A DNA stretch of 64,000 bases from Candidatus Dojkabacteria bacterium. GTDB lineage: Bacteria; Patescibacteriota; Dojkabacteria; SC72. The translations under genes were made by a program, and so were the position numbers. Within the stretch, counting starts at the first letter, position 1. Every line of letters begins with the position of its first letter. Below are positions 61,854-64,000 of the stretch, piece by piece. The notes beneath the pieces are model-generated. The model was not told the DNA's origin and searched no databases. It saw only the letters and a program-made list of their open reading frames with translations. The DNA lies in the NCBI GenBank assembly GCA_012513575.1, contig JAAZBX010000002.1, positions 33,830-97,829 on the forward strand, written 5' to 3'.

Positions 61854-61953
61854 TTTCCTCCTTCAAAGATTTATTCCCATAAATTGTTAAACAACTCTTC
61901 ATTATACCAAATATCGACCCTTATTACTATGGGACTGTTACACTTTGATTAAA

Positions 61954-64000
61954 CTAGAAAAGTTGTTCAACCATTAAAACCCCACTTGCCAATCCAAGAT
62001 TGACTAACTCCTGCCAAACTCCCTCTGTGACAAATGGAATAAAGGGATGCATTATCTTTAAATTCTCTTTAAGAATACATAGCAATTCTGCTAATCCGTC
62101 AATTCGTTTTTCACTACCAACTGGTTGATCTTTAATTTCTGACTTTATCTCTTCAATCCAGACATCACATACCTGATGCCAAAAGAATTCTCTGATTTCT
62201 TCAGCGCCAAGATTAAACTGAAATTTTTCAATGTACTCAGATACCTTCTTTACATGTTTTTTGGTAATTTCAATTCTCTCTGAATTAATTTTTAAATTCT
62301 TGGATACGGCTTCCAACTCAGATTCGTCAATATTCATTAAAATGAACCTACTAGCATTCCAAATCTTTGTAATAAAATTTCTGTTCCCTTTAATTTTTTC
62401 TTCACGTATTGGGGAATTTGATCCAGGAAGTGCATCTATGTAATACCAAAGTCTTAATGCATCAGCTCCATATTTGTCAAAAATTTCACTTGGTTCAACA
62501 CCATTCCCTTTTGATTTTGACATCTTAGAACCATCAGGAGCTAAGATAATTCCAGTAAGCATAACAACTGGATATGGAATCTGATCGGTTCTGTAGAGAC
62601 CAAACATTAGCATTCTTGCTGTCCACCAGAAGAGAATATCCCTCCCATGAATCATCATCTGAGTAGGATAGTATTTCTTAAAATCGTCTCCATCAGAACC
62701 TCCGAGAGTTGTGTAAGGCCACTGACCAGAGCTAAACCAAGTATCAAAAACATCTGTTTCTTGTTCCCATACTTCTCCAGATTCTGACTTGGGAGGTTGT
62801 TCTCCAAGAAAAATTTTTCCTGTCCCAAATACTTTTGTACCAAATTCTTTTTCAAAGTCAGAAACATTTTTTCCTTTGTTTTCAAGCAACCAATCATAGA
62901 GCTTTTTACCTCCACTATACCAAACTGGTATTCTCTGTCCCCACCAAAGTTGTCTTGAAATACACCATGGTTGAATATTTTCATAGAAATATTCTAAAGC
63001 CTTCTGCTGTCCCTTAGGAACAACACTCACATCTCCCCGTTTGAGGGCCTCTAGGGCCCTTTTTGCCAACGATTCAACATTTAAATACCATTGATTAGAG
63101 ATTATCGGTTCGATGGCGCTTTTACACCTCTCACAAATTACAACCTCATGCTTAATATTTTCAATTTTGACAAGCAGGTCTAAATCATCTAACTCTTTGC
63201 ATAGAGCCTTCGAGCACTCCGTTGTGCCCATTCCGACAAATCTTTCAGGAATATCCCCCATCATTTTACCCTCCTCGTTTATTACATTCACTATTGGCAA
63301 AGAATGCTTTTTCCCTATTTCAAAATCAACTGGAGAATGAGCAGGAGTAACCTTTAAAGCCCCCGTACCCAATTCCATATCTGTAGTATCTTCTGCGATT
63401 ACAGGAATCTCCCTGTTGGCAATAGGAAGAACAACCTTTTTGCCAACAAACTGAGAATATCTCTTGTCTTTAGGATTGACCGCCACTGCTGTGTCTCCTA
63501 GCATTGTCTCGGGACGAGTTGTAGCAACAGTTATTCCTTCAACCCCAAAAAGTTCCTTCGCCTTTTTTCTGTCCGACTCCTCTACAAAAGGATAGACAAT
63601 ATATGCAAAAATTCCTCTTCTTTCCTCGTGCTCTGTATCAATATCGGCCAATGCTGTGTGACAATTTGGACACTGATTAATTATTCTTTTATCCCTATAC
63701 ACAAACCCCTCTTCAAACATTTTGTAAAAAGTGGAATACACAATTTCGGTTAACCTTGGGTCTAATGTAAAAAATTCTCTTGAGAAATCAGCTGAAAGCC
63801 CAATTCTTTGCTCATACTCCCTCGCATTGTTCATATTTGTCAAACAAAATTCATAACACTGTTTGTAGAATTCCTCTCTTCCCAGTTCAAATTTGTTTTG
63901 CCCTCTGCTTTCCAAAAGCTTTGTAAAAACGCTCTCAGTTTGAATCCCTGCATGATCTTTTCCGGGGAGAAGAAGGGTCGGGTGACCAGTCATTCTCTTG
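61954..64000 (-). CDS. valS: Valyl-tRNA synthetase, 5'-partial
   Basis: DHAGIQT, ATTRPETMLGDTAVAV, WCISRQLWWG, DTWFSS, KMSKS. Confidence 0.98.
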   Translation of the reverse strand, partial: KRMTGHPTLLLPGKDHAGIQTESVFTKLLESRGQNKFELGREEFYKQCYEFCLTNMNNAREYEQRIGLSADFSREFFTLDPRLTEIVYSTFYKMFEEGFVYRDKRIINQCPNCHTALADIDTEHEERRGIFAYIVYPFVEESDRKKAKELFGVEGITVATTRPETMLGDTAVAVNPKDKRYSQFVGKKVVLPIANREIPVIAEDTTDMELGTGALKVTPAHSPVDFEIGKKHSLPIVNVINEEGKMMGDIPERFVGMGTTECSKALCKELDDLDLLVKIENIKHEVVICERCKSAIEPIISNQWYLNVESLAKRALEALKRGDVSVVPKGQQKALEYFYENIQPWCISRQLWWGQRIPVWYSGGKKLYDWLLENKGKNVSDFEKEFGTKVFGTGKIFLGEQPPKSESGEVWEQETDVFDTWFSSGQWPYTTLGGSDGDDFKKYYPTQMMIHGRDILFWWTARMLMFGLYRTDQIPYPVVMLTGIILAPDGSKMSKSKGNGVEPSEIFDKYGADALRLWYYIDALPGSNSPIREEKIKGNRNFITKIWNASRFILMNIDESELEAVSKNLKINSERIEITKKHVKKVSEYIEKFQFNLGAEEIREFFWHQVCDVWIEEIKSEIKDQPVGSEKRIDGLAELLCILKENLKIMHPFIPFVTEGVWQELVNLGLASGVLMVEQLF

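Overview
AT-rich (roughly one-third GC by eye), very gene-dense core-chromosome segment. Gene content points to a Patescibacteria/CPR bacterium, possibly Dojkabacteria or a relative (inference): chromosomal PrgI/VirB4-like cluster, PilN/PilO, DUF4012 fusion, protease-less Lon, short MetRS/ValRS and many single-pass surface proteins. Housekeeping genes: holA (partial), rpsT, lepA, recF, folD-glyA-thyX-dcd, groES-groEL, murJ, comF, hrcA-grpE-dnaK, rplY, rpoB-rpoC-rpsL-rpsG, ftsK-rodZ-like, dnaG, rsmA, a WecA/MraY-family gene, rpoD, metG and valS (partial). I found no rRNA, tRNA, CRISPR array, transposase or integrase. Most notable observations: (1) a self-contained two-gene cassette between valS and metG with its own promoter, strong SD sites, complementary transcript ends and a long terminator; (2) the T4SS-like cluster, where a 10-residue peptide is shared between VirB4 and a small downstream protein, abuts an AAA-only Lon; (3) many genes look leaderless; (4) two variant CIRCE operators; (5) natural substitutions at rifampicin (RpoB) and streptomycin (S12) sites; (6) phased repeats upstream of an ABC exporter. 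All family calls come from motif recognition, not database searches.
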